Source: a virus (Duplodnaviria; Caudoviricetes). Taken from it: DNA of 41,284 nucleotides. The notes beneath the pieces are model-generated. The model had not been told where the DNA came from. It worked only from the letters and a program-made list of their open reading frames with translations, and made no database searches. Numbering within the stretch: position 1 is the stretch's first letter; every line of letters starts with the position of its first letter. Made by a program: the position numbers and the translations under genes. Below are positions 1 through 7,677 of the stretch, one piece after another. The DNA is taken from IMG/VR virus record IMGVR_UViG_3300037722_000457, positions 1 through 41,284 of that record, one strand, 5' to 3'.

Positions 1-668
1 CGAATCATGTTGGCGATATCGTCGAGGTCTCGACTCGACAGAATATCGTTGGCGTAGCTCTCGACGAGCGAGCTAATTAGTGCGAACGGGCCGAGCGCTG
101 ACTCGACAAGGTATTGAGCGCGACGGTTCGAAGCCCACCCGCCGGGCCCCATAGTTAGGAGGTTGTCCAAACGGTCCTCGACCTTGACGAGAACGGCGAG
201 GGGCGAGGAGCCGACCCTAGCCCAGGTCGCAGCGTTTGGTTCGCCCGAAACCTTCGTAAGGGCTTCGACGGCCTCAAACTCGTCGGCAGACAACGTCCTA
301 CGCAGGAGGTTCTTCGCCATGGGCGGCGTACCCTTGAGGAACCGGTGGGTAACGAGGCGCTCGGGCCCGTCCTCCAAGACGTCATGGGCGAGGCCGACAC
401 GACCTAAACCCTCTCGAGTTACACCGAGGCTAAGAACGCCGCTGGGGTAGCGACGCATCGTTCGCGTTGCGACTCGTAGCGGGTGAACGAGGAACGGCGA
501 GCCTTCGTCGCGAATTTGGCCTGCGTGGGCCGTCATCGTAGCGCGCATCGTATCCCCGCCCAAGGTCCCGTACTCCAGCGGACCTCGATATTCTTCGACG
601 AACGCTTCCATTACCAATGCGACGATTCCGAATCCGCTCGTTCCGTGGTCTTCGTACAGGTCTATCAT
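1..668 (-). CDS. HD-domain protein of the SpoT/Mesh1 (p)ppGpp hydrolase family (small alarmone hydrolase-like); 3' end runs off the window
   Basis: Not in the ORF track; translated by hand from ATG 668 (ATGA overlap with the upstream stop), open to base 1. Motifs AHAGQIRDEGSPFLVHPLRVA, LAHDVLED, VEALTK and LVKVEDRLDNL match the RelA/SpoT HD hydrolase pattern. Confidence 0.85.
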   Translation of the reverse strand, partial: MIDLYEDHGTSGFGIVALVMEAFVEEYRGPLEYGTLGGDTMRATMTAHAGQIRDEGSPFLVHPLRVATRTMRRYPSGVLSLGVTREGLGRVGLAHDVLEDGPERLVTHRFLKGTPPMAKNLLRRTLSADEFEAVEALTKVSGEPNAATWARVGSSPLAVLVKVEDRLDNLLTMGPGGWASNRRAQYLVESALGPFALISSLVESYANDILSSRDLDDIANMI

Positions 669-961
669 GGCCCGCCCTCCTTACGGCTTTCTATCCAAGC
701 ACCGAACACGTCTTCCAGTAAGTCGGCGTCGTTTAGGACTTTCGCCAGCTCGTTGAACCTCGCTCGAATCACTTCGAGGTCGTCCGTCGTCGCTCGCGCC
801 ATCGTAGCCCAGCGGCGGTCGCCCGTCGTTTCGTGCAGTCGGAGATAGTTCGCCGCAAGGGTATATGCGACGCTACCCGTCCGGGCGATGCGCCGAAACT
901 CCTCGCTGGTTTCCATCAGGTCGTTGATGCGTCCGACCGTATCGGCGTTGAAATCGTTCAT
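665..961 (-). CDS. hypothetical protein (MNDFNADTVG...)
   Basis: Internal ATG at 961 of ORF 665..1087, overlapping the stop of the upstream gene; GGAGG upstream. Confidence 0.7.
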   Translation of the reverse strand: MNDFNADTVGRINDLMETSEEFRRIARTGSVAYTLAANYLRLHETTGDRRWATMARATTDDLEVIRARFNELAKVLNDADLLEDVFGAWIESRKEGGP

Positions 962-1170
962 GGGAGAACCACCTCCGCTCCTCCGGTGTCGATGTTGGCC
1001 AAGCAACCTTCGTGAACGATGAACAGTTCCGTGGTCGTCGTCTCTCCGATATGGGCAGCGTACCCCGCAGAAATCCACTCCCCACAATAGTCGCAGGTCG
1101 AAGTGTCGGTACGCTCGTCGAGCGTACGCCCGTAGTTATCGAGCATGTCTTGGAGTTCGACGAGAGTCAT
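958..1170 (-). CDS. small hypothetical protein with CxxC and HxxC (possible Zn binding)
   Basis: ORF 958..1176; CDYC and HEGC motifs; coupled to both neighbours by 4-nt overlaps. Confidence 0.65.
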   Translation of the reverse strand: MTLVELQDMLDNYGRTLDERTDTSTCDYCGEWISAGYAAHIGETTTTELFIVHEGCLANIDTGGAEVVLP

Positions 1171-1367
1171 GCGCACTCCCGGAACAGGTTCTTGACGGGG
1201 ACGTTGACGGCGTAACCGACGTCCAGGTCCATCGTCGCCATGGGGAAGTCGTCGGGGCCGTCGACCGGCCAGACAGCGAGGACGGTCCCCGCGCGATAGT
1301 TCCGACCATCCCGAGCGAGGGCGCGCTGCCCCGGCTGCGGGTTGCGAAGGCGCTTGCGGTCTCCCAT
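1167..1367 (-). CDS. small hypothetical protein
   Basis: 66-aa ORF with AAGGA RBS; coupled to the next gene. Confidence 0.65.
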   Translation of the reverse strand: MGDRKRLRNPQPGQRALARDGRNYRAGTVLAVWPVDGPDDFPMATMDLDVGYAVNVPVKNLFRECA

Positions 1368-1403
1368 TTCGTTTCCTTTCGTTTGGGCGATCGGTTCGCC
1401 GAT

Positions 1404-1739
1404 TTAGCGGCGAACCAGGTCGGTGAGGTTCGCGACCTGACGAACCTGGAGGGCCTCGGGAGTGAACGGCTGGGTCGAGCGGCGGAGCATCACGGTCCTG
1501 ACGATGCCGTTACGAACGATTGCGACGACGGTGTCGCCGTTCGAGCGGTCGGTCCAGGCTCGCCCGACCATTCCGCCGAGGTCGAGGACCCGAATCGCGG
1601 TGTCGACGTTGAGCGTACCCGCGACCTGATCTACGATACGCCCGAGGGTATCGACCTTCGAGGGAGCGAGGCCGACGTCGCCGATAAGGCGTTCGACGAC
1701 TCGCTCGTTGGCGTGAATCGAAGTGTTGTTGTTCTGCAT
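1404..1739 (-). CDS. hypothetical early protein, predicted leaderless start (MQNNNT...)
   Basis: 111-aa ORF; ATG lies 6 nt after the CGTGG-TATATT box. Confidence 0.75.
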   Translation of the reverse strand: MQNNNTSIHANERVVERLIGDVGLAPSKVDTLGRIVDQVAGTLNVDTAIRVLDLGGMVGRAWTDRSNGDTVVAIVRNGIVRTVMLRRSTQPFTPEALQVRQVANLTDLVRR

Positions 1740-1745
1740 AACGTC

Positions 1746-1756
1746 AATATACCACG
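1746..1756 (-). promoter_or_regulatory. class E extended -10 promoter CGTGG-TATATT
   Basis: One of five intergenic CGTGGTANNNT copies. Confidence 0.75.
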
Positions 1757-1796
1757 ACTTCCGACGGTGGGGCGGATTTCCGACGGATTTCCCGGA

Positions 1797-1982
1797 TTAT
1801 TTCCGGTCGTCCTCCTCGGGCGGAAACTCGTTATCCAGGAACCCTGGCTCGACTACCCACTCGTATCGTTGGGCGAGGCCGCACCGAGAACACACGAGAG
1901 CCGTCGTCAGCTGTTCGGGCGAAACGAGCTCCGTTTCGTGTCCGAACAGCTGACACGTTCGCTCACGAAGCCTCTGTAGCAT
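1797..1982 (-). CDS. small Zn-ribbon-like hypothetical protein
   Basis: CxxxGH ... CxxC pattern in a 61-aa ORF. Confidence 0.6.
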   Translation of the reverse strand: MLQRLRERTCQLFGHETELVSPEQLTTALVCSRCGLAQRYEWVVEPGFLDNEFPPEEDDRK

Positions 1983-2253
1983 CGTCTGGAGCGTCGTCGT
2001 CTGGAGCGTCGTCGTCTTCGTCGTCGTCTTCGTCGTCGTCTTCGTCGTCCTTCAGCATTTCGTCCACGATAGCGTTAAGCGTTTCGATCTGGCGAAGGAG
2101 GTTCAAGACATGGAGCGCTGCGAGGACCGTCGTCTTCGGCCCGAGGACCACTCCCTTGCCCTCGTTCGCACGCTGTCGAATGTGTTCCAGCGGGTCGGTG
2201 TCTCGGTCGCTCTTGCGGTGCGCCTTCCTCGGCGCTTCACTTTTCGGTGACAT
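1963..2253 (-). CDS. hypothetical protein with a highly acidic, repeat-encoded C-terminal tail
   Basis: Probable start MSPKSEA at 2253; tail DDEDDDEDDDEDDDAPDDDAPDDA. Confidence 0.65.
   Translation of the reverse strand: MSPKSEAPRKAHRKSDRDTDPLEHIRQRANEGKGVVLGPKTTVLAALHVLNLLRQIETLNAIVDEMLKDDEDDDEDDDEDDDAPDDDAPDDATEAS
1982..2049. repeat. in-frame tandem repeats (12-nt and 15-nt units) encoding the poly-Asp/Glu tail
   Basis: Repeated tcgtcgtcttcg and cgtctggagcgtcgt units. Confidence 0.85.
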
Positions 2254-2455
2254 ATCGCCCCGTTCCTGTGATATGGGTGCCTCGGTCCACGCCGACGACA
2301 CCGACTTCGCGGTCCGCCTTCCGACGGTCGCCCCTCCCGACTAAGTAGCCGAGCTGCTTCGCTCCGCTATGCCCGTGGAGCGGACACGAAACGACCGGGC
2401 CCTCGACCCAACCGTCTACGGCGTCCGGATTATCGGGGCAGTGGTGCTGTTTCAC
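2237..2455 (-). CDS. hypothetical protein
   Basis: 72-aa ORF with AGGAGG RBS. Confidence 0.55.
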   Translation of the reverse strand: MKQHHCPDNPDAVDGWVEGPVVSCPLHGHSGAKQLGYLVGRGDRRKADREVGVVGVDRGTHITGTGRYVTEK

Positions 2456-2495
2456 TCGTTTTCGCCTCCTACCCTTAAGGTTCGTAGTTGGTCGC

Positions 2496-2561
2496 AGCCG
2501 GCCGGAGCTCGGCAGAGCCGGTGCAAGCCGGCCGGAGCTAGGAACGCCTGCCGGAACGCCT
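2496..2561. repeat. intergenic direct repeats
   Basis: AGCCGGCCGGAGCT at 2496-2509 and 2526-2539; GGAACGCCT at 2541-2549 and 2553-2561. Confidence 0.8.
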
Positions 2562-2764
2562 CACGAGGCATCGTCGTCGCCCAAATAGATGAGTCCGGCG
2601 ATAAACTCCTCCATGACCACGACGTACTTACCGGCGCCTACCAGAGCCACGCCGCGAACGAGCCCTTTCCGAGCCCGCGACTTCAGCGTCACCTCGGTCA
2701 TCCCGACTATCGCTGCGAACTCCTCCAGCGGGTACACTTCGTCTCGCTTCAGAAATCGTTCCAT
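2561..2764 (-). CDS. HTH DNA-binding protein (excisionase/MerR-like winged HTH)
   Basis: Y.LEEFAAIVGMTEVTLKSRARKG followed by a GKYVV wing pattern. Confidence 0.7.
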   Translation of the reverse strand: MERFLKRDEVYPLEEFAAIVGMTEVTLKSRARKGLVRGVALVGAGKYVVVMEEFIAGLIYLGDDDAS

Positions 2765-3038
2765 CGTCGTCCCAACCTTCCTGCTTTATTGCTTGGTCCA
2801 CGAACTTTTGCCCACCGTACTCCCGCACTAACGTTAGGTAGTCCTCGCGACTGAGGTAGAACTTCGCCACCTCAAACAGCGAATCGCTGCTGAGTTGGTT
2901 ATACGTTCGATACTTACTTTCAGCCCACTCGCCGCGCTTACCTCGAGACTTAGCGTTCTTGTCCAGGCCGTGCTTATCTCGGTGGGCGCGGAAATGGTCC
3001 AGCGTCGGGACGAGGCTCGGGGAGCGCCGGTCGGTCAT
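2628..3038 (-). CDS. hypothetical protein (3' end overlaps the HTH gene)
   Basis: ATG 3038 overlaps the stop of the exonuclease gene. Confidence 0.55.
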   Translation of the reverse strand: MTDRRSPSLVPTLDHFRAHRDKHGLDKNAKSRGKRGEWAESKYRTYNQLSSDSLFEVAKFYLSREDYLTLVREYGGQKFVDQAIKQEGWDDDGTISEARRSVPAGGVRSDSRDDRGDAEVAGSERARSRRGSGRRR

Positions 3039-3619
3039 CGCAGCAGCCTTCGTAGCTCCGACCACGAGTAGAGCGCTTCGAGCGCGTCGTAAGAGGCCTG
3101 ATGCGGTTTACCGAAGTGCCCGTCGTGGGCCATCGCCTCGAAAGACGACTCCTTGACATGTCGCTTCAGCGAGTCGTACGTCCATACTCCGCCGCTCGGG
3201 CGCTCGACGTTGGCCTCGACCATCGTGAACAGCACAGCGTTTAGGTCGACCGTTCGATACGACAGTCGCCGCCGTAGCTTCGGGAGGTGTCGGGAAACGA
3301 AGGGCATATCAAACCCGGCAACGTTCCAACCCACTACGTGCAGCTCCGACGGCGAAACGGCAGTAAAGTGCTGGTCGAGCCAACCCTTCGCTCGATTAGC
3401 AACCTCTCCGGCTGTAAGGCCGTTCTCGTCCAGAAACTGCTTCGTCAACCTATGGACCCCGGCGGCCTGGTCCGACCACTTAAACGCTTCGCCCCAATTC
3501 CAGTAGATGTAACCCGAGAAGGTCGCTCCCTCGGTATTAGCCATTCCAACCTCAATCGGAACATGCCCCTTTTCAACGTCGCTACCGGACGTTTCCAAGT
3601 CGAACCCGAGGAACCTCAC
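3035..3619 (-). CDS. DEDDh 3'-5' exonuclease (DnaQ/oligoribonuclease-like)
   Basis: FDLETSG (Exo I), GWNVAGFD (Exo II), HQASYDA (Exo III); GTG start at 3619. Confidence 0.9.
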   Translation of the reverse strand: MRFLGFDLETSGSDVEKGHVPIEVGMANTEGATFSGYIYWNWGEAFKWSDQAAGVHRLTKQFLDENGLTAGEVANRAKGWLDQHFTAVSPSELHVVGWNVAGFDMPFVSRHLPKLRRRLSYRTVDLNAVLFTMVEANVERPSGGVWTYDSLKRHVKESSFEAMAHDGHFGKPHQASYDALEALYSWSELRRLLR

Positions 3620-3849
3620 GTCGTCGCCCTCGCTGTTTTGGTCGCACGAGTCAATCCTCCGTCGAAGGTGGACTTGAGAGCGCCGAGCAATATGCCCAGC
3701 AAGGTCGCTCGCCAGAATCCGATTCCGTCGAGGACGCCTAGTTCCTCGGAAGCGAGGGCTGAAGCCCACATGATAAGGGCCCCGCGCCACGCTAGCGCAC
3801 CGAAGAACCCGCCGACTATGGCGAAGGCGGTAACGAACAACTTAGTCAC
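3616..3849 (-). CDS. small membrane protein
   Basis: Two hydrophobic segments; AAGGAG RBS; first gene after the class M motif. Confidence 0.7.
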   Translation of the reverse strand: MTKLFVTAFAIVGGFFGALAWRGALIMWASALASEELGVLDGIGFWRATLLGILLGALKSTFDGGLTRATKTARATT

Positions 3850-3873
3850 GATTCTCCTTTCGGGTTCGCCCCT

Positions 3874-3902
3874 TACTTGACGCGGGAACGATCCGAGTTT
3901 AC
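3874..3902 (-). promoter_or_regulatory. class M conserved 29-nt motif GTAAACTCGGATCGTTCCCGCGTCAAGTA
   Basis: 22 of 29 positions identical across three intergenic copies. Confidence 0.75.
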
Positions 3903-4023
3903 GAACCGCGCTTCCGTCGCTTTCGCTGTCGCCGTAGTGAGCGGGCCCTAGCGGTTGGTGACTTGCGTCGACTGCGACGAGCGCGGGTGTACGCCTCCTT
4001 AGTGGAGTACCCCCGATAGCCCA

Positions 4024-4362
4024 TTACGGCAGGTAAACCACCGCAAACGTCATCCCGGTATCGTCGTCCCAGGTTAGCGTTACGAGGTTGCCGTCAGCCG
4101 GGTCGCCGAAGATTTCGGGCGAGAGCGGTCCGACGAACCGCGATTCGCCGTTCGTGATCGTCGCAACCGGGTCAGCGATGGCGAGGCCACCCACGTTCCC
4201 GGGCGTCGACAGAGTCAAGGTGTGCGGGGATGCGTCGTCGTTGACGACGTGCAGGAAAGTGCGGTCGCCCGCAAGAACCTTGTCGCTCAATCCGGCCGCA
4301 GCCGCGTTATAGGTCGCTTCGAGACCCGTAAATGCACAGGCCTCAGCGGAGTAGGTCGCCAT
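4024..4362 (-). CDS. probable small virion structural protein (beta-rich)
   Basis: A/T/G/D-rich composition; last gene downstream of the class L motif at 5053. Confidence 0.65.
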   Translation of the reverse strand: MATYSAEACAFTGLEATYNAAAAGLSDKVLAGDRTFLHVVNDDASPHTLTLSTPGNVGGLAIADPVATITNGESRFVGPLSPEIFGDPADGNLVTLTWDDDTGMTFAVVYLP

Positions 4363-4563
4363 TTACATAGCCTCCACGATTGCATTGATTTCGTTTACGC
4401 GGTCCACCACGGCGGCGGTTGTGCCGTCGGGCTCTACCACGTCGTTGACGATGCGGATTTCCTCATCGTCCAGGTCCGAGCGCGGATCAAACTCGGGCTG
4501 CGTTCGGCGTCCCGAGTTCACCTCCGCTACCAACTCGGCATGGTCGTACCAATACTCAGGCAT
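4363..4563 (-). CDS. hypothetical protein (predicted late unit)
   Basis: 66-aa acidic ORF with GAGGA RBS. Confidence 0.7.
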   Translation of the reverse strand: MPEYWYDHAELVAEVNSGRRTQPEFDPRSDLDDEEIRIVNDVVEPDGTTAAVVDRVNEINAIVEAM

Positions 4564-4795
4564 CTTCCTCGACCGAAACCTCGGCCTCTTCCTTCGCCTT
4601 GGCCTTCGCCTGGGCCTTGGCCTTCGGGGCGAGTTCTTCGGCGGGTTCCTCCATTACGCGACGGTGATCTTCCACCACGAGCTGCGATCCGTCCTTTACA
4701 GATCGGAACACCTCATGGTTAGAGCCGCGTTCGTACCCGAGGAAGACGAATTCACCGGAACGACCGGGCAGGTTCATTACCTGACCAATCTTCAT
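4556..4795 (-). CDS. hypothetical protein (predicted late unit)
   Basis: 79-aa ORF with AGGAGG RBS and an AK-rich stretch. Confidence 0.7.
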   Translation of the reverse strand: MKIGQVMNLPGRSGEFVFLGYERGSNHEVFRSVKDGSQLVVEDHRRVMEEPAEELAPKAKAQAKAKAKEEAEVSVEEDA

Positions 4796-4813
4796 CGAAT
4801 CGCCTCCTTATGC

Positions 4814-5020
4814 TTACTGGCCAGTGCCGTGCGAGGACCCTTCCGGGTTACCGCGCGGGGCACTACCAATCTGCGGGCCACGACGCTCCACGGGACCGAC
4901 CTGCGGATCGGTGAGGGCCATATCCAGGTCCTGCTTCCGAGCCTGCGCACGGTTGTACGCGTCGTCCGGGTGGAGGCGCCGACGGTCCACCTTCGAGTTC
5001 TTGTGCTCGTTAGTAGCCAC
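4814..5020 (-). CDS. hypothetical protein (first gene after class L motif)
   Basis: GTG at 5020 with AAGGAG RBS. Confidence 0.6.
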   Translation of the reverse strand: MATNEHKNSKVDRRRLHPDDAYNRAQARKQDLDMALTDPQVGPVERRGPQIGSAPRGNPEGSSHGTGQ

Positions 5021-5052
5021 GTCATTCTCCTTGGTTGAACGTACGTTCGCCT

Positions 5053-5063
5053 TGATTATAGTC
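5053..5063 (-). promoter_or_regulatory. class L motif GACTATAATCA
   Basis: Exact 11-mer found seven times, always intergenic. Confidence 0.85.
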
Positions 5064-5074
5064 GGCACGACGAA

Positions 5075-5095
5075 GGGCGAACGTTATCGTTCGCC
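5075..5095 (-). terminator. hairpin GGGCGAACG-ata-ACGTTCGCCC after the ECF-like sigma gene
   Basis: Near-perfect inverted repeat between an early unit and a class L motif; weak U-tract. Confidence 0.55.
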
Positions 5096-5125
5096 CCTAG
5101 CCGCTGTATTTCGTTGTTTACCGGG

Positions 5126-5737
5126 TCAGACCAACCCGTCCTTAGTAAGGAGACCCACGAGGAGGCGAGAACCGCCCTCGGGGTATCCTCGAGTCGTCGG
5201 AATGTCGTTCGCTTTTGCCCAGACGTCGAGCGCTTCGCGTTCGTCCTCGGGAAGTCGGTCGAGGGCTCGATGCGCCGCCGTGGCGTATCGCTGGTACTCC
5301 CTGGACCGAGGCTCGGCACGAACCCCGTAGTCGGCGAGGGCCTCGGAGAACGACATCTCCTGGAGGTACACCCGCTCGAGTATGGCGCGCAAATCGGGCC
5401 GCTTGATGCGCCCCAAAATGCCGGCGACGATGCGAAGAACCGCCTCGTACACCGCTCCTTCCATCGCCTCGTCCTCGGCCGACCGGGCGACCTTTGGGCG
5501 TACGTCGAGTGCGGCCTGTTCCGCCTTCCGGCGCTGGTTGGTCTGGTGAATGTCCCGCACCACTCGCTTGGAGAATCGCGCATACAAAAGAGGCGCCGCT
5601 TCGTCGAGGTCGAGGCCCCGCTCCAACATTCGCACCAGCTCGTCGTGGTGGTAGTCGTCTCCGCCCTCGTCGAGCCCGTGTCGCCACGCTCGACGCCTCC
5701 AATTGCGCTGTAGTTCGCGGTATCGTTCCTCGTTCAT
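5126..5737 (-). CDS. divergent ECF-type RNA polymerase sigma factor
   Basis: 203 aa from ATG 5737. Region-2-like DDYHHDELVRMLE...FSKRVVRD; linker SAEDEAME; region-4-like RAILERVYLQEMSFSEA...AAHRALDRL. Confidence 0.6.
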   Translation of the reverse strand: MNEERYRELQRNWRRRAWRHGLDEGGDDYHHDELVRMLERGLDLDEAAPLLYARFSKRVVRDIHQTNQRRKAEQAALDVRPKVARSAEDEAMEGAVYEAVLRIVAGILGRIKRPDLRAILERVYLQEMSFSEALADYGVRAEPRSREYQRYATAAHRALDRLPEDEREALDVWAKANDIPTTRGYPEGGSRLLVGLLTKDGLV

Positions 5738-6393
5738 GCCGTCTCCCTTCCCGCATCCCGAGCGGCAATCCGCTCGATAGACGAGATGTAGTTCCGCGGC
5801 GTCGGGGCAAACCCGAACGTCCCGCCCTCGGACATAGCCGCCATCTCGGCGTACCCGCCGTGGTCTTCGTACAACCAAACCTTCCCGCCGGGGACGCCAA
5901 TTCCGTTGTCGTCCACGAACAGGTCGGGGAGCGGCCCCCGCCATTCGCCCTTGCCCTCGATGTAGTCGGCGTCGTCGAGCACGTCGCACATAGCGGCTAC
6001 CCTGACGGCGTGCCCTCGACCGCCCCACGACCAGATGAGAATCTTCGCGTGCGGGAACGCGGCGAACGCCTTCAGGAGTTCGACTACCCTCGGGTTGGGG
6101 CGCCGACGGGCCCAGTCGTAGAGCGTATCATCACAGTCGAATGCGATGAGGATGTTCCCGGGCGAGACCATCGGCCAACCCTGCCGGTCGCCGTCGTCTC
6201 GGACGTAGGGCTTAACGCCGGGGAGCCCGGGCCCGATATCGTCGGGCTGGCTCTTAGCCGGCGGGGCCTCGCGCCCTCCCGCCCTGCAGGAGTCGCAGAG
6301 CCAGGCGGCGTATCGGTCGTCGTATCGCACCTCAGTCAAGGCGGTGCATCGGTCGCACTCGTCGAAGTGCGTTCGTTCTCTGAACTCGTTCAC
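5734..6393 (-). CDS. HAD-superfamily phosphatase with N-terminal Zn-finger
   Basis: CDRC...CDSC; HAD motif I IAFDCDDTL, motif II IWS, motif IV FVDD. Confidence 0.8.
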   Translation of the reverse strand: MNEFRERTHFDECDRCTALTEVRYDDRYAAWLCDSCRAGGREAPPAKSQPDDIGPGLPGVKPYVRDDGDRQGWPMVSPGNILIAFDCDDTLYDWARRRPNPRVVELLKAFAAFPHAKILIWSWGGRGHAVRVAAMCDVLDDADYIEGKGEWRGPLPDLFVDDNGIGVPGGKVWLYEDHGGYAEMAAMSEGGTFGFAPTPRNYISSIERIAARDAGRETA

Positions 6394-6459
6394 TGCGGTC
6401 CCTTTCGTTGGACGATCCGGGCGAGGTATAACGCCTCGCCCTTCGACTGTGTTCCCGAC

Positions 6460-7146
6460 CTACCACCCGTTCGCGTAGTCGATAACGACGGCGGTTCCGT
6501 TCGCACGCTTCCCGAAGTTCCCGCGGTGGAGGTCGGAGATGCCCATCCGACGAGCGGCCCTGGAGGCCGCGTCGGGCGTGTCCTGGAGTCCGCAACGAAC
6601 CTTCTCCATGACCAGCCAGTGGCCGTTCGGGTCGGCGGCGAGGACCTTACCAAGGTACTTGCCGTTCGGCGTGTTGCCGAACTTCTTGTACGTTTCGACT
6701 TCCGTCCGATTGTGGCTATAGGTCGGGTCGCGAAGGACCTTGAGGACGGACTTGTCGTCGATGGCGTAAACGGTGCGAGAAACGCCCGAACCGAGGCGGT
6801 CGAGGTTCGCCGCCTGCACCATCGCCACGACCATCGGCGTGGTAAGGCCGGCGACGAGCGTGACCTTCCCGCCCTGGAAGACGTCTGGGATAACGACCTG
6901 CGCCTTGGCGACGTTCGCCCTCGCCGGGTTCTGCCCGACCATGTTGTTCTCTCGGCGATACTTCGCCCAGATGGCCTGGTCGGAGAGGGTAGCTCCGAAG
7001 CCAGCCTGGCGGAAACGTCCGATGACGTACTTGCGCTCGCTCTTCCCGAACTCCGGGTGGCGCTTACCGGCCCAAATGGCGGTGTAGCGAATACGAATGT
7101 CCCGGAGCTTCTGAATCTCGTCTCGTCGCCAGCGGTGGTTTCCCAT
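6460..7146 (-). CDS. minimal protein-kinase-fold protein with a basic N-terminal domain
   Basis: LGSGVSRTVY (Gly loop), VLKV, NRTEVE, DLHRGNFG (catalytic loop), VVIDY. Confidence 0.8.
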   Translation of the reverse strand: MGNHRWRRDEIQKLRDIRIRYTAIWAGKRHPEFGKSERKYVIGRFRQAGFGATLSDQAIWAKYRRENNMVGQNPARANVAKAQVVIPDVFQGGKVTLVAGLTTPMVVAMVQAANLDRLGSGVSRTVYAIDDKSVLKVLRDPTYSHNRTEVETYKKFGNTPNGKYLGKVLAADPNGHWLVMEKVRCGLQDTPDAASRAARRMGISDLHRGNFGKRANGTAVVIDYANGW

Positions 7147-7179
7147 TTCGGTCCCTTTCTTGGTGGTCCGTACAAGGGA

Positions 7180-7190
7180 ACGTTACCACG
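7180..7190 (-). promoter_or_regulatory. class E promoter CGTGG-TAACGT (leadered)
   Basis: Matches CGTGGTANNNT; sits upstream of the kinase RBS. Confidence 0.7.
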
Positions 7191-7209
7191 TCGAACCGAG
7201 ATGGGCAGC

Positions 7210-7677
7210 CTAGTCGAGGGAAATTTCCGCGTTCTTTTCTTCGCGATACAGCAAGTGCTTCGCGGCGTCGCGGGCGTGTTGCTGCCCGCGAAACCAGCCG
7301 CCCCTCGCTCGCAGGCGGTCGTTCGTAACGCGAACCTTCACCGGGCCCGGGTACTGGCGCACGAGTCGAACCTCGTTGTGATCGCACCACTCGGCGACGC
7401 GCCCGATGACTTCGACGGGCGTGAGGTTGACGGCGGGACCGGGGCGGCTCAGGAACCCCTCGACCACTACTTCTTCAAAAGCGTCGCCGTATTGGACCAG
7501 GAACCCGTCGAGGACTACCGTCACCGTTTCCGGGGAGGGCCACTCGATGGCGCGGATTTCGCTAACGCCCGGGAGGAACTCTCGGTCCGCGCTGCCCCAA
7601 ACCGTCACTTCGATGTCCTCGAAATCTCGCCACGCGAATCCGGTGGTTCCGCCGGGGTCAATCGCTATCCGAAACAT
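7210..7677 (-). CDS. RuvC-like Holliday junction resolvase
   Basis: IAIDPGGTTGFA, VVVEGF and HARDA acidic catalytic pattern. Confidence 0.85.
   Translation of the reverse strand: MFRIAIDPGGTTGFAWRDFEDIEVTVWGSADREFLPGVSEIRAIEWPSPETVTVVLDGFLVQYGDAFEEVVVEGFLSRPGPAVNLTPVEVIGRVAEWCDHNEVRLVRQYPGPVKVRVTNDRLRARGGWFRGQQHARDAAKHLLYREEKNAEISLD

Noticed and set aside
163-450. ORF-track calls 163..450 (+) and 155..400 (-)
   Set aside because: They overlap the HD hydrolase frame, which has clear family motifs.
2561-2764. Integration module or prophage boundary
   Set aside because: No integrase, repressor pair or host genes are present in the window, so lifestyle cannot be determined here.
4431-4441. Additional CGTGGTA hits here and near 27980, and GTAAACT near 23812
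   Set aside because: They lie inside coding sequence and lack the rest of the respective motif.
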